Of a DNA stretch of 64,000 nucleotides, positions 21,812 through 35,367 are shown in pieces. The stretch covers positions 207,948,001-208,012,000 of the forward strand of contig OZ024740.1 of NCBI GenBank assembly GCA_964016885.1. Reading direction: 5' to 3'. The stretch comes from Eledone cirrhosa. Lineage: Eukaryota. A program made the position numbers and the translations under genes. Numbering within the stretch: position 1 is the first letter of the stretch; every line of letters starts with the position of its first letter. The notes below the pieces were generated by a model. That model was given only the letters and a program-made list of their open reading frames with translations. It was not told the DNA's origin and searched no databases.

Positions 21812-23532
21812 TTGGATTCCAACAACGAAAAAAAAAAATTTGAAAAATTGCATGACAATACTAATAACACAAACAAAGACACAACAAAAAAAAAAATAAC
21901 AGTTGAAAATAACACCATATCAGAAAACAAAGCAGACGACAAGATTTCGTTTGCACAGAAAACAAAGAAATCTTTGACTTATATAGCGGAAAACATTTCA
22001 GATGTGGTACGAAGGATCAAGGACGCAAAACAATACATAAGTGAAGGTGAGAATGGTATTTTATTGGTAAAAATGCCTCAAGAATTCACGAAAGACATTG
22101 AAAGCCGAACGGTCAAGTTTCGGACCATCAACAACAGTACAAAAAAAACTGAACAGCCTTCTCAAGCAGATATCAAAACAGTACTCACAGAAGTACTGAA
22201 TGAAACAACTTTCATAAGAAAAGACAGACTGTATGGAAGCCTAGCAATTATCATGAAGAACGAATCGGCGGCAAAAAAATGTGCTTTGTCACCGATTCGT
22301 TCGAAAAATTTCACCTTTTATCCATCTTATATGGGAAAAATAACTCAACGCATATGGCTGGATGCAATGATACCAGATGTGGACTACTGCTGGCTCATAG
22401 CTGACTTCATCGATCCAGTGAATGACAACGTGATTTCCATTGGGAAAACCACAGGCAATGCGTTCAGTGGAACAGGTATAGAGCTGGTAGTACAAATGAA
22501 GCCTGAACGCATCGCCCAAATACCCGACAGAATCCTATTAGAGGACCACGGGTATATAAACATTAGCGTGGAGGGGAGAAGGCCGTCCTGCCATATCTGT
22601 GCAGGCAGAGGGCACCTGAAGGCCGCTTGTCCCCAACTCAACAAAAAGAAAACCCTGCTACCAACACCAGCTCCACCACCACCACCACAACAGATAAACA
22701 AACAACAAAACTCAGTCCCACCCAACCCGTCCCTCAGTAACACCACAACACCACCACAACACAAACAGTCACAACACATTACCCCAAAACAAAATACAGG
22801 CCCACCCAACCTCTCACTCAATAAAACAACACAACCACCGCAGACACAACACACAACACAGTCTAACATAGTGACATCCATCTCCCCCACAAAGAAAACC
22901 AACACGGAAACATTACCAGCAAACATACCTCTTCCCTCCAACACTGAAGATAACCCAACGAATTCGGAGGAAGAAACGGAGTCCTTCAGACAGATTAAAA
23001 GGAAAAAAAGAAAACATGTGCAAAACACACAAGGACAAACAACCCCCACCCAAATCGCAACACAATCCAACAAAACAGAAAACACCCCTCCAGCAACAAA
23101 CAAAACCAAACCTGCCCCTCCCCTCTTCGAAACACTCACACCATCGGAAAAAAAGACACACTATACTTACATCAACAGAAACAATAATAAATTAAATGAA
23201 CTCATATACAATAATCCTTCGGTACAAACCGAAGGTGTAAACTTTGTTTCGTCAGAAAACCACCCACATTTAAAACTAATAAAAATCCCAATGAACCTCT
23301 ACCAAAAACTAAAAAAGGATTTTAAGGAGGACGTAGGACCACCCTCTGTCAAACCCATAAACCGCGTCCTACTAAAAAGCTTTCCCCTCCCCTTCCCCTC
23401 CCCAACACAACTCCAAACACCCCAACCCCACCACACACTGACGACCCCACACCACCACAAGACACCCCTTCACCCAACACCCCCGACCCCATGGAAGTCG
23501 TGCAACCCGAACCCCGGGAAGCGGAAAGGTAG
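21812..23532 (+). CDS. Copy D ORF1 (CCHC knuckle); 5'-incomplete with a late frameshift
   Basis: CHICAGRGHLKAAC; the homologous C-terminus MEVVQPEPREAER* lies in a shifted frame ending TAG 23530-23532. Confidence 0.75.
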
Positions 23533-23565
23533 GTCTCTACACTCTTCTTTGGCTCTGCCGCCCAC

Positions 23566-26447
23566 ATGGATGTGTTAAGAGTAGGATGTTTGAATGCACG
23601 TGGCCTGGGCTCAACTTGGAAGCAAGCAAAGCTTCTAAATGACCTCAGGTCATGTAGTATAAATGTAATGGTTATCTGTGAGACTCGAATCAGCGTCATG
23701 CGGCAGCTGGCCCCCACCTTCGATGACTTTGAGGTGCATGCATCTCTCTGTCAACCTGGAGGTGGGTGTGGGGTTGTCGTGCTGCTGCAAAAACACCTGG
23801 GTCTTGCCGTACAGGTTGTGCACTCGGACCCGGAGGGTCGTTTGTTGGTGCTAGACGTTGGCAGTAGTGAAAGTGCGGCCTTGAGACTGGTCGCCGTCTA
23901 CTCCCCTTTCGGAGCTGAACGGCCCGACTTCTTCCAGCGTTTGGAGACTTTTCTGGGAACGTCGCGTTCCCTGCTTCTAGCGGGGGATTGGAATGACATC
24001 CTGGATGCACGTTGGGACTATGCAGGAGCATGTCCTAATAGAGGGGGGTGTAACAGCCTCAAGGGGTTACTCGACCGTTTTAACTTGGTCGATAGATATC
24101 GACTAGATTTTCCAACTGTGCCTACCTGGACTTGGAGAAACCACAGTGGTCAATCTAGATCGTACTTAGATAGATTCTTAGTTAGAAGTAAGGATAGGGA
24201 CATATTAAGCTGTCCAGAAATGCGCACGGTTGGCTACACGGATCACAAATTAGTGACCTGCGTGGTCAATCTCGAGAAAACACATAGACAGGGTCCCGGT
24301 TACTGGAAACTTAATTTGTCTTTACCGGCAAAAGAGACTTACAGAAACCGGATTAGCAGATTAGTTAAGGAGAGGTTGACGGGTGCAATCGTCAACAACC
24401 GATGGTGGGCATCTCTCAAAAGAGAGATTAGAACAGAATCAATAAGTTATAGCAAGATGTTAGCTGCCAATAGGAATAGAAACGAGAAAGAATTAACAGG
24501 TAAATTAGAAGAGGCAATCAAGAGCGAAGATGTGGCCAGAGTGCTGGCATCGAGGACGGCCTTGAACCAGTTTTTCGATGCAAAGCATGAAGGCTGCGTC
24601 ATTCGAAGTAAAATACGTGCTCTAGGTAATGAGGGGGCCAAAGCCGTTGGATGGGCCCGCGTGACAGAAGCTAAGAGTGGAAATCGATCCACCATCCGGT
24701 CGTTGCAAGACGAAGATGGACGAGTGATCCGGGAGCCTAAACAGATGTGCGAGGCCTTTCAAAAGCACTTTGCCCGATTGTTCGGGGGAGGCGAGGGTCC
24801 GGGCCGGGGCGTGGATTTCGGTCCATACCTCGACGGCCTGCCGCGTCTCTCGAACAAAGAGGCAGAGTCCTGCGAGGGACCAATCTCGGCTGATGAGATC
24901 GGAGATGCGCTGAGCCAATGCAGCAGACGCAAATCTCCAGGTCTCGATGGTATACCTTACGAACTTTATTTAGCAATGCCGGTCTTCTTCTCCGAACTCC
25001 TCGAAGCGGTCTACTGCAATTGGCAGCAGAACGGGAGAATTCCTTGTTCTGTAGCCAAGGGCGTAGTCACGCTGGTGAGGAAGGACGAGAACAAGGGGGA
25101 TAGTATAAATAATTTTCGGCCCATAACCCTGCTAAACACAGAGTTAAAGATTTTGGCCAAGGTGTTAGCAAAGAGGTTGGCGCTTGTCGTGGGTGGCCTG
25201 GTGGGAGATGCGCAGACATGTGCTATCCCATCCAGGTCCATTCACGATAACCTCCACCTCATGCGATACATCATAGAGAGGGTTGGCAACAAACCCGGCT
25301 TCGGTGGGGCCCTGATCAACTTGGATCAGTCTAAGGCCTTCGATAGGGTCGACCATGGTTACCTGGATGCGGTGCTAGCGGCGGCTGGGTTCGGTCCTGT
25401 TTTCAGAGGCTGGATCACTGCCCTACATAGCAACCACATCTGTTCTAGGATCAAGGTGAACGGCTACCTTTCGAAGCCGTTCGAAATCACACGATCCATT
25501 CGACAGGGGTGCCCTCTCTCCTCTCTTCTGTACGTATTGACTCTCGAGCCTTTACTGAGGAAGCTGGAGTTGTTGCAGGGTATCCCCCTGGAACCAGGAT
25601 TGAGCAAAGCGGTGTCGGCCTACGCCGATGACGTAACAGTAATGGTGTCAACCGACTCGGAGATCGAGGCGATCGGTACCTTACTGGAGGAGTACGAAAG
25701 GTTGTCAGGAGCGAAACTGAACCGGGAAAAATCCATCGGGCTGCAACTCGGAACGTGGAGAGGCAAACCGATGCCTCCTGACGGTGTCGTCGGACACTGG
25801 ACGGAGGGCCCGGTAAAGTTGCTTGGGGTCTGGTTTGGACCGGACCTCCAGGTGGAAAAGAACTGGAACGAGGTTACGAACAAGGTGTTTGCACTAACCC
25901 AGAAATGGGCCAAGTGTAAGCTGTCCCTAAAAGGCCGGGCGGAGGTGGCGAACATTTACATAGCGTCCGTCACTTACTACCGCCTGACTGTCGTGCCTTG
26001 CCCTAAGGAAACACTCACCACCATGGAACGCATGCTCTTCCAATTTCTTTGGAAGAAGCGTCCTCCTATGGTGAGAAGATCCATCTGCTGCCAACAACCT
26101 TCGAAAGGAGGACTGGGGATGCCGTGGTTGATGATGCGTAGGCACGCATTAAGGCTACGGCACCTACAGGTATTCCTCACTGGTCAACCGGTGTGGGCTC
26201 CGTTCGTGAAACGAGCCTTTCCGAGACTCGTCTCACTCACCGAGCTACAGTCCTGGGTCAAGCAAAGATCCGGAAAACTGGGAGACTGGCACACTGAGTG
26301 TGCTCAGGCGCTCAGGGCTCTCTGGCAAGCGGGCCAGGCCATCGGTGGAGAATCCACCTCATCATTCTATAGAGGGCTGGTGGCTAGCAGGGGCGATGAC
26401 ACCCTTGGAGAGTCGCTGGACATGGAAGAAGACGAACTGGCCAGCCT
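23566..26447 (+). CDS. Copy D ORF2 (APE+RT), open for ~960 codons but 3'-truncated
   Basis: All APE and RT motifs intact. The track ORF continues to 26946 only by fortuitous fusion into copy E. Confidence 0.88.
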
Positions 26448-26461
26448 ATATATATATATAT

Positions 26462-27892
26462 ACCCCTCGGAGCCGTTCCATATCACGCGATACATCCGAC
26501 AGGGATGCCCTCTCTCCTCCCTTCTGTACGTACTGACTCTCGAGCCACTACTGCGGAAGTTGGAGCTATTGCAGGGCATCCCTTTGGAACCGGGACTGCG
26601 AAAAGCCACGTCGGCCTACGCCGGCGACGTGACAGTGATGTCGAAAGGTCGAGCGGAGGTGGCGAACACTTTTATAGCGTCCGCCATCTACTACCGCTTG
26701 ACCGTCGTGCCTTGTCCAGCCAAAGCGCTCGCCAAAATGGAGCGCGCCCTCTTCCGATTCCTTTGGAAGAGGCGGGTTCCTTTGGTAAGAAGATCCATCT
26801 GCTGCCAACACCCTTCTAACGGAGGGCTGGGGTTGCCGTGGCTGACGATGCGCAAACACGCGCTCAGGCTGAGGCACCTCAACGTATACCTCACCAGACA
26901 ACCTGCAGTCCTGTGTCAAGCAAAGACGGGTAAAATGGGCAACTAGCACATCGAATGTGCTCAAGCACTCACAGTCCTCTGGCAAACGGACCCGGCGATC
27001 AGTGGAGACTCCACTTCGACATTCTATAGAGGGTTGGTTCGCAGCAAGTGCGACGAAACGCTCGGAGAAACTCTGGGCGTAGAGGAGGACGAACTGGCCA
27101 GTCTTTTCGGTAGGACCTTCCGCCCGGGACCAATGGCCAACTTCCAAAAGTCCCTGGCCTGGCAGTGCTACCGAGGAGCTCTACCAGTTCCAGACAAGCT
27201 CTACAGACACGGGCGCCCGGGTAGGGACCCTTCGAAAAAGATCTGTCTGAGATGCGTGCGCGACGAGAAAACCGTCGCACACGCATTTGTACACTGCCTG
27301 GGCGTTACCGACCTGTGGGGCTATGTAGAACGACTATTGTCGCGGGTGGGACCAATCCAGTTGAACACCGAGTCCATTGTCATGATCAAACCGCCACCCT
27401 CCTTCAAAAATGAGGGAGAGGCGGTTTTCCTATGTGTTATGGCTATGGTGAAAGAGGTTGTATGGTGGACGAGGTTAAAAGGGCTGAGGTCAGACACCTT
27501 TCTCTCCGGCGAGCAACTGATTCGTTTTTTCAAATATCATTTTGGAAGAAGAATCAAGATGGAGAGAGAGGTGCTGTACCCCAGCAAATTTTATAAAAGG
27601 TGGGTGAATGTGGCAAAGATGGCCCGAGTGGTTGGGCCTTCTCTCTATATAAGCCTGTAGGTTGAGGAAAAAGAGGAAGAGAGGACGGGAGTACTCACTC
27701 TTGGTGCTCCTGGAGATGAGGGTTGTACATTTTTTCGGGGTGTGTACAACCTCTGTGTAACACCTCCCCCCTATTGGGGATTTCAATTGTTATTTGTTAT
27801 TTTATTAATAGTTTTATTTTCATATACCTGTATGTAAACTCCCCATTTGTATTTGTCCCCTTCTTTTGTGCCCTTTTGGCTAATAAAGAAAT
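26462..27892 (+). mobile_element. Tx1-like LINE copy E, 5'-truncated with internal deletions
   Basis: Starts in RT (SEPF...RQGCPLS; YADD changed to YAGD), deletions at ~26640 and ~26905, stop at 27660, 3' UTR then (TATC)n. Confidence 0.85.
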
Positions 27893-27938
<46 letters not shown>

Positions 27939-27939
27939 G

Positions 27940-27994
<55 letters not shown>

Positions 27995-28035
27995 CTATTT
28001 ATATATGTATGTATCTATCTATATATCTATATTTC
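27893..28035. repeat. (TATC)n array, right flank of the Tx1 cluster
   Basis: Direct read. Confidence 0.95.
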
Positions 28036-28239
28036 TTTCATTCTACATTTCTCCATATTTCTCTCTACTCCTCTCTTTATACATACACGTCCATCTACAG
28101 AATTATAAACACATATATGCATGCATACTTATATACATGAATACACATATACATACATAAATATATATATATATATATATATATATTTGTATTGGTGCTC
28201 ATAAACATACCGTATATTATTAAATATACAATACGCACA

Positions 28240-28287
<48 letters not shown>

Positions 28288-28545
28288 TAATTTCTATTGA
28301 TATTATTTTCCTCAAAGTATTATTTCATAACTGTGGTTATTATGTTGTATCAATATTTTTATACTCTATCAATGATTTTCTATTAATACAATACAATACA
28401 TATATATTGTTCAATATTTCTATATTGTTGAATATTTCTAGTTGTAGGGACAATGTAGCTATTGATACAACCAGTATTATCTTGCCATTGGTTCACTCTT
28501 GTATATGTTGTCGTCCTGGATATGATTTCCCTTACATAACATGTG

Positions 28546-28920
28546 GATGAGCGTGACCTAGTGGTAAGGGTGTTGGACTTGCGATCATAATGTCGTGGGT
28601 TCAATTTCTGGGTAGGCTGGGATGTGTGTTGTGTTCTTGAGCAAAACACTTCCTTTCACGTTACTCCAGTATACTCAGCTGAAAATAAGTACCAGCAATA
28701 GCTGTGGGTTTAACCCTGCGATGGACTGGCGTATTGTCCAGTGGAAGTGGGGAGTCTTGTACTCCCAGTCTTTTCACGCCACGAAACCGGGATACGCACC
28801 GGCTTGATGAACCTTCGAGGCAGACTTTAACCCTGACGTAGATTGGTGTCATGTCCAGGGGAAAGTCTTGTACTCGTAGCCGCTTCCCGCCACGAAGCCA
28901 GGATAAGCACTGGTTTGTGA
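28546..28920 (+). mobile_element. tRNA-derived SINE family 2 (CORE-like central block), 3' part duplicated
   Basis: A-box-like TGACCTAGTGG, B-box-like GGTTCAATTTC, body GTGTTCTTGAGCAAAACACTT; homologous to 45108-45352. Confidence 0.75.
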
Positions 28921-29564
28921 AGAACGTTTACATAACATGACTTCTTATGTTGAAATAAGGTAAGTGACATTAGTAATGAGTAACTGTGTAGGTCATCCAT
29001 GTCACTTCATATAGTTTACTCCTATCTTACGACTTATTGTTTTTATCAGCTTGAGTATCACATAGTCTCAATAAGTCTCTTATCAGAAATTGGATTTACC
29101 TGAAACTAAAGAGTTGTTGTTCTATTAATCAGTCAGGGGAAGTAGGGCTGCTCCTCCTATGTTGGTACGTTTTATCAGTCACGTGCTGTTGAGGATTTGG
29201 TCTTTATGAAAGGTGATTCATGAGGTGGTGGGGATTTGATCTGGAGAAAGGTCACTGATGAGGCGGGGGAAGTTTTTCAGTCGACGTTCTTGAACAAACT
29301 ACAAACTGACGACTGCAAGTAAAACACCGTGAGTAGAGAGAGAATTCTAAAGGAATGATATTCTAGGGAATAAGTATTGAGAACTCAGTTTTGTCCTGCA
29401 TTTACTATATAGTGTCGCTATACCCAGGGTATTGCATGTTATTAGGGCAAGTTTAGTTCTGCGGAGTCTGAGTTTCCCAACATTAAATCTCTTCTAACTA
29501 ACAGCCCCCAAATTAGGGGAAAAACAATTTCCCTACAATTGGCGAAAGCCAGCTATTTGAGGGA

Positions 29565-29733
29565 AGCGTAGATTCGATTATATTAACCCCAGTACTTTAC
29601 TAGTATTTTACTTATTCGATCCCAGAAGGATGAAAGGCAAAGTTGACCTCGGCAATATTTAAACAGGAATGTAAAGAGCCGTAATTAAATGCTATAAAGC
29701 TCGATGCTCTACTGATTCTGCTAAACCACTGCC
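29565..29733 (-). mobile_element. SINE family 1 copy (diverged)
   Basis: GAAGGATGAAAGGCAAAGTTGACCTCGGC core. Confidence 0.7.
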
Positions 29734-29955
29734 GTTAGCAACAGAATGATACTGAACAGTATGAAATCGCCCTTATACTGTGGCGTTTGTCTATATCAGA
29801 GGTTCTTGAAAAAGGGCGCTACTGCCCCCGGGGAGCATTGAGAAGGTCCAGGGAGCGGTGGTGGTGGTAGAGATGATATAAATATCAAATGATACATATT
29901 ATATATAAATATAGCAAAAATGATAAATATATAATATAGTATTATTTATTATGGA

Positions 29956-30133
29956 TTGGCAGTATCGGTAGAGGGTCGGACGCCATGCTTTCCAGCATAG
30001 TTACGTCCCTTTACGATCTGAGTTCAAATCCCGCCGAGGTTGACTTTGCCTTTCATCCTTACGGGGTCGATAAAATAAAGTACCAGTAATGCACTGGGTA
30101 ATTGCTGGCCTTGTGCCAAAAGTAGAAACAATT
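29956..30133 (+). mobile_element. SINE family 1, full-length copy nested in the hAT MITE
   Basis: A box TGGCAGTATCGG, B box GAGTTCAAATCCC, conserved body. Confidence 0.85.
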
Positions 30134-30170
30134 ATTTATTATATATAAATTAACAATTTGATTTCTTATA

Positions 30171-30338
30171 CCGTATTTCCCGGCGTCGAAGACGCTACTT
30201 TTTCATTAAAATAAGTCTCAAAAATCTATTATGCCTCTTGGAGGCTGTAGGTCGTTTATTATTTTTTTTCACATTTTTGGTTGTCAAAATTAGGTTGTGT
30301 CCTCGAGGACGAAGCGTCTTCGACGCGGGGAAATACGG
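30171..30338. mobile_element. Tc1/mariner-pogo-type MITE nested in the hAT MITE
   Basis: ~26-bp TIRs CCGTATTTCCCGGCGTCGAAGACGC / GCGTCTTCGACGCGGGGAAATACGG with TA on the left. Confidence 0.8.
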
Positions 30339-30639
30339 CATATTATTTACCATTTGCGTGTAGGCAGGTATCTCTGGAAATAGGGGTATGGGCGCTGAGG
30401 GTATTACGTGGCCGTGAGGGAGGCGGTAGCCCCAAACGTTTGAGAACCTCTGGTCTATATGATCTAGCGAACCACTATGTCACTCTAGGTCGAATTCTCA
30501 TTGTATCATTGTCTCATTATATCCCTATATTTTACTTTTATCCACATTTCTAAGACATTCCCGGAAATTCTGATGTTCTCGATCTTTCCTTTATAGCAAA
30601 GTTCCTTGATCTTTTCTCACACTTCTTACCAGCTATTAG

Positions 30640-30731
30640 CATTTGTCTCTCTCTCCTTCTCCCTCGCTGTCTTCTCTCTCTCTCTCTCCTTCTCCCACGC
30701 TGTCCTCTCTCACTCTCCTTTTCCCTCACTG

Positions 30732-30767
<36 letters not shown>

Positions 30768-31062
30768 TTTTCTCTCTTTGTTTTCTCTCTCTCTCCTTTT
30801 CTCTCGCTGTTTTCTCTCTCTCCTTTTCCCTCGCTATCTTACACACTTTAACTTTTACTCTCTATTTCTCACCATCTTATCTTGCTCAGTCCCTCTCATT
30901 GACAGACATTCTTTCACTCACTCATGTATTCTGCCTATCTCTATTTCTCTCCCTCTTTCTATTTCCCTCTCTCTTTCTTTCTCTCTCTCTTTTTCTCTCT
31001 TTCTATTTCTCTCTCTGTTTCTTTGTCTCTCTCTCTCTCATATGTGCACATTCTCTTTCCCT

Positions 31063-31139
<77 letters not shown>

Positions 31140-31607
31140 GCTATCTCTCTCACACGCTCATTCTCTTTCTCTCTCTCTCACCCCCTCTCTCTCTCACCCC
31201 TCTCTCTCTCTCTCTTTCTTTCCCTCTCACATACATTCTCAAACCTTTCTCACTACTTCTCAGACATCTTCCGCATAACTGAAGTCCTTCCATTCTCTTA
31301 TACCATCCTACCTCCTTCCATTCTACCTCCTACCATCCTACCATTCTACCTCCTACCTTCCTATCGCCCTGTCCTATCGAACTACATCTAACAGTCACGT
31401 CTTCACAACTACTTCAACTATTCAATAGACACTATCTATCTATCTATCTATTGAGAGAGAATAGGGGAGAAGAGAGGGGGAGAATGAGAGAAAGCGAGAC
31501 AGACAGATAGAGAGAGAGAAAGAGTAAGAGAGAGCGAGAGAGAGAGAGAGCGAGAGATAGAGAAGAGAGAGAGAGGGCGCGAGCAAGAGAGAGCAAGAGA
31601 GAGAGAG

Positions 31608-31684
<77 letters not shown>

Positions 31685-31685
31685 C
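30640..31685. repeat. (CT)n-rich block followed by an (AG)n-rich block
   Basis: Direct read. Confidence 0.85.
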
Positions 31686-31974
31686 ACCCATGTCCACTTA
31701 ATATAGCAAGAAATAGTCACTTATGAAGCACGTTCTAGCTGTGATTATGTTTAAAGTATTTCAGTTAAGATGTTGTCTGCCGCCGACATGGCCAATAGAA
31801 CATTGCACGGCTCTACAGCACGTTCAGGATTACTGATTTGGCTTATTGTAAATGTAGTTCGAATATCGATTTATGATCTACAAGCAAAGCTTTCTTCAAT
31901 CAAGCAACCACCCTACGATCAATCTTACCTTACCGCTAACGTTATTTCTTTCTCCCTTTCTTTCTTTCTCTTTT

Positions 31975-32022
<48 letters not shown>

Positions 32023-32109
32023 TTCCTTTTTCTAAGAAAATATCTCCCCATCTCACTTCAGCTGCCGTCTATAGTTATGTCATGATCTCTTGTTTCTTCC
32101 ACACTCAAA

Positions 32110-32377
<268 letters not shown>

Positions 32378-32699
32378 TAGAACACACACAATTCAACGCC
32401 CTTATATTGTAATTATTGTAATAGCGTTCTTTGAGATTCTATCTCGATATTATTTCTCGCTATAAACTGCACATCTTACATAATCCTTCACCTTGAAAAT
32501 CTTTAGTCTTTCTTCTCTTATATCAAAGTAATGTATTTAGTAGCCATGTTACATATTAAGAGGTTAAGGTTTATATTACACTCCATCCATAACTATACAC
32601 TCAATGTAAAGTCTAAATACAAGAGTGTGGAGAATATTCTTTAAGTGATTTGTGATAGGGTAAGGAATGGAAGCTCCAAAGTAACGGGCGTGGGAATCA

Positions 32700-32915
32700 T
32701 TGATTTCTAATTTAGGCAGAAGGCCAGCAAACTTGGTGAAGGTAAAGTTGATTAAATCAACCCCAGTATTTCACTGGTACTTTATTTTACGGACCCGGGA
32801 AGGATGAAAGGCAAAATTGACCTTGGCGGGATTTGAACTCAGATTATAAAGAGCCGGGACAAATACCGCAATGGTATTTTATCTGAGGCTCTATCAATTC
32901 TAACAACCCACCATC
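32700..32915 (-). mobile_element. SINE family 1 copy
   Basis: Core and B box (GGGATTTGAACTC) on the minus strand. Confidence 0.75.
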
Positions 32916-34045
32916 CTTCAAAGTGGATAATATTAATAACAATGTAACGAAAGAAGGTGGGGGTTTGCGCTGATCGCGAAGAGGAGCAACTTTTGTAGAA
33001 ACAAATTAAAATGAATTCCATCTTTTCCGTCGTATATGACGCACTTTCCAACCTCTAAATGTAATGCAAACATTTGTCTTTCATCCATTCAAGGATGGAT
33101 TTGAACTCAGAGAGCAGAGAGCCAAAATGAATGCCACAAATCATTCTGTTGGACTGTCATATACAGCCACTTATATTTCAGTCCAACTATATTCCATTCA
33201 CTTCATAAATTGTACGGTTTTGTACAGATCTCTTAAACCCTACGTTAAATAAGTGTACGTTTTAAAAAATATCTACACTATCCTTTACCCACTTTTTTAT
33301 TGATGGTGATGAAAAGCATTTCTTTCCAGGTTATCTTGGTGCCTTTCAAATGTTTTCAAAGAGAGCTGAGAACCGAAACAAATACCGCAAGTCATTCTAT
33401 CTGACGTTCTAACGACTCTGCCAATCTTGTTTAATTTAGTTAATTTCAATACCTACTTAATACTAATATTTATATTTTTCTTCTAAACCAAGAATAAATA
33501 TATACATTGTTCCTTATTTCCTAAAAGAAATGAATTGAAATATAGCTAATATATGTCGCACCACAAAATAGTTCTTGACACAATACATCTATTTTAATGT
33601 CAGATTCAATTTTTGTTCAGTAAAAAATATTTTTAATTCTACCATAATGTTTTCACCTAACTTTGTCCTTCTAAACAAAAGACGTTTTATACATTATAGC
33701 GTCTTATAAGCAAAAAAAATTTGGTGGTTTATTTTTAAATTGTCCACCATTTTGTTTAGCTCACGTGATCAGATAACCATCAGCTGGTTGCTGCTAAAAA
33801 TTGCTTTAGTCTATTGTTTTGTCTTGTTTTTTTCTTCGATGTGTGGAGTGTGATTCTGTCATTCTTATTTTTTTAAATCTAATTTATGTGTGTAAACCAA
33901 CGCCAGTGCTGCAAAGATTTATTTGTTAAAATCTGAAGATATTTTTGGCAATATTTGAAATTTATGATTTAAAACTTTCGATTGATGATTTTAGATTCTT
34001 TTAATTTTGTTCTTGTTTTTTTTTAAAAGATCTAGAGTTTATAAA

Positions 34046-35366
34046 ATAATAATAATGATAATAATAATATAATAATAATAATGCTTTCTTTATTAACCAC
34101 AAGAGTTTACATAAAGTAGACATTAAGGACAGTACAGGACAATGAAATTATTGTGTAAAGTGCTCAGGTGCACTACAACTCGTCAAAGGTGCATGTATAG
34201 TACATAGAATAATATACAAATGTCAGGGAAGTGAATAGTGTATGAATCATGATATATATGTGTGTATGTGTATGGAGGGGGAATATTAGGTGTAGTGTTG
34301 GCGAATCTCAGGAAGCATGGAGGTTTTAAAGGATGCAGTGTTTCGACAGCTAACAACTGATGCAGGTAGTTTGTTCCATGCTTCAGCAACTCTGAGCGTG
34401 AAAAAATGTTTCCGAAAGTCATGGGAACTGTGCTGCTTTCTGACTTTGTTGGCATGCCCACGTGTGTTAGATACATGGAAATCAAAAAGGTACTCAGGGT
34501 TGTTGTTGGCAAGATGGTTAATAATTTTGTGGGTGTTTACCAAGTCAGTTGCCAGATGTCGGAGCTTCAATGTATCCATACCCAGGGAAGCAAGGCGTTC
34601 AGAGTATGGTAGATGCCTGATGGAGGGTATTCGCTTGGTTGCACGTCTCTGAACAGTTTCCAGGCGGTCAATGTTCTGAGCAAGATAGGGGTTTCAGACT
34701 GGTGATGCAAATTCTAAGTGTGGCCGCATCATAGCGATGTACAGCTTTAAATAGATAGCTGGAGAGCGGCTGATAAAGGTCTTTCTGAGTGATGCTAAGA
34801 CACACTCGGCCTTCTTGATCATTTTAGAGACGTGCTTCGTCCAACGCAAATCGCTGCTGACCGTAATGCCCAGGTCTCGTTCACAAGAAGATATCTTGAT
34901 ATTAGAGTTGTGGAGGGAGTATGTGGACGCTGGGTTTTTACTCCCAAAATGCATGGTGGTACACTTGTCCACAGCTTGCTTGAGTTGCCAGTCTGTGATC
35001 CATTGTTGCATTGTGTCCAGGTCAGACTGCAGGCAAGATCTATAGTATTCAGGATCTGTCCTTTTTATCTCAAGGTACAGCTTGATGTCATCTGCATATT
35101 TCAGTACAGTGGCATTCTTTAAGTTGGCATCTATGTCATTAATATATGCCACAAACAAAAGGGGGCCAAGAACAGATCCCTGTGGTACACCAGATGACAT
35201 CTCATATGGTGAGGAATGCTGTCCCAGAACCGTGACTACCTCTCTTCGACTGAGAATGAAGGACTTAAACCAGTTAAACAGATCATCCTTCACACCCATT
35301 GCAGAGAGTTTTGCCATAAGCCTTTTGTGTGGCACAGAATTGAAAGCTTTAGCAAAGTCAAGATAT
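34046..35366 (-). mobile_element. CR1/L2-group LINE, 5'-truncated, with RT pseudogene
   Basis: IYLDFAKAFNSVPH, GVPQGSVLGPLLF, KYADDIKLY, RPHLEFASPV and TRGH...WNKLP; AATAAA and (TTA)n tail at the low-coordinate end. Confidence 0.85.
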
Positions 35367-35367
35367 A

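Larger units (their letters stand above)
21801..26447 (+). mobile_element. Tx1-like LINE copy D, lacking the 5' UTR and 3' end
   Basis: ORF1 homologue then an uninterrupted ORF2 that breaks off at a (TA)n run at 26448. Confidence 0.88.
29797..30452. mobile_element. hAT-type MITE with two nested insertions
   Basis: TIRs CAGAGGTTCT / AGAACCTCTG; perfect 8-bp TSD GTCTATAT (29789-29796, 30453-30460); shorter sister copy at 55994-56321. Confidence 0.85.

Noticed and set aside
29956-30040. tRNA gene
   Set aside because: The A and B boxes belong to a multi-copy SINE head that continues into a shared body; no clean cloverleaf.
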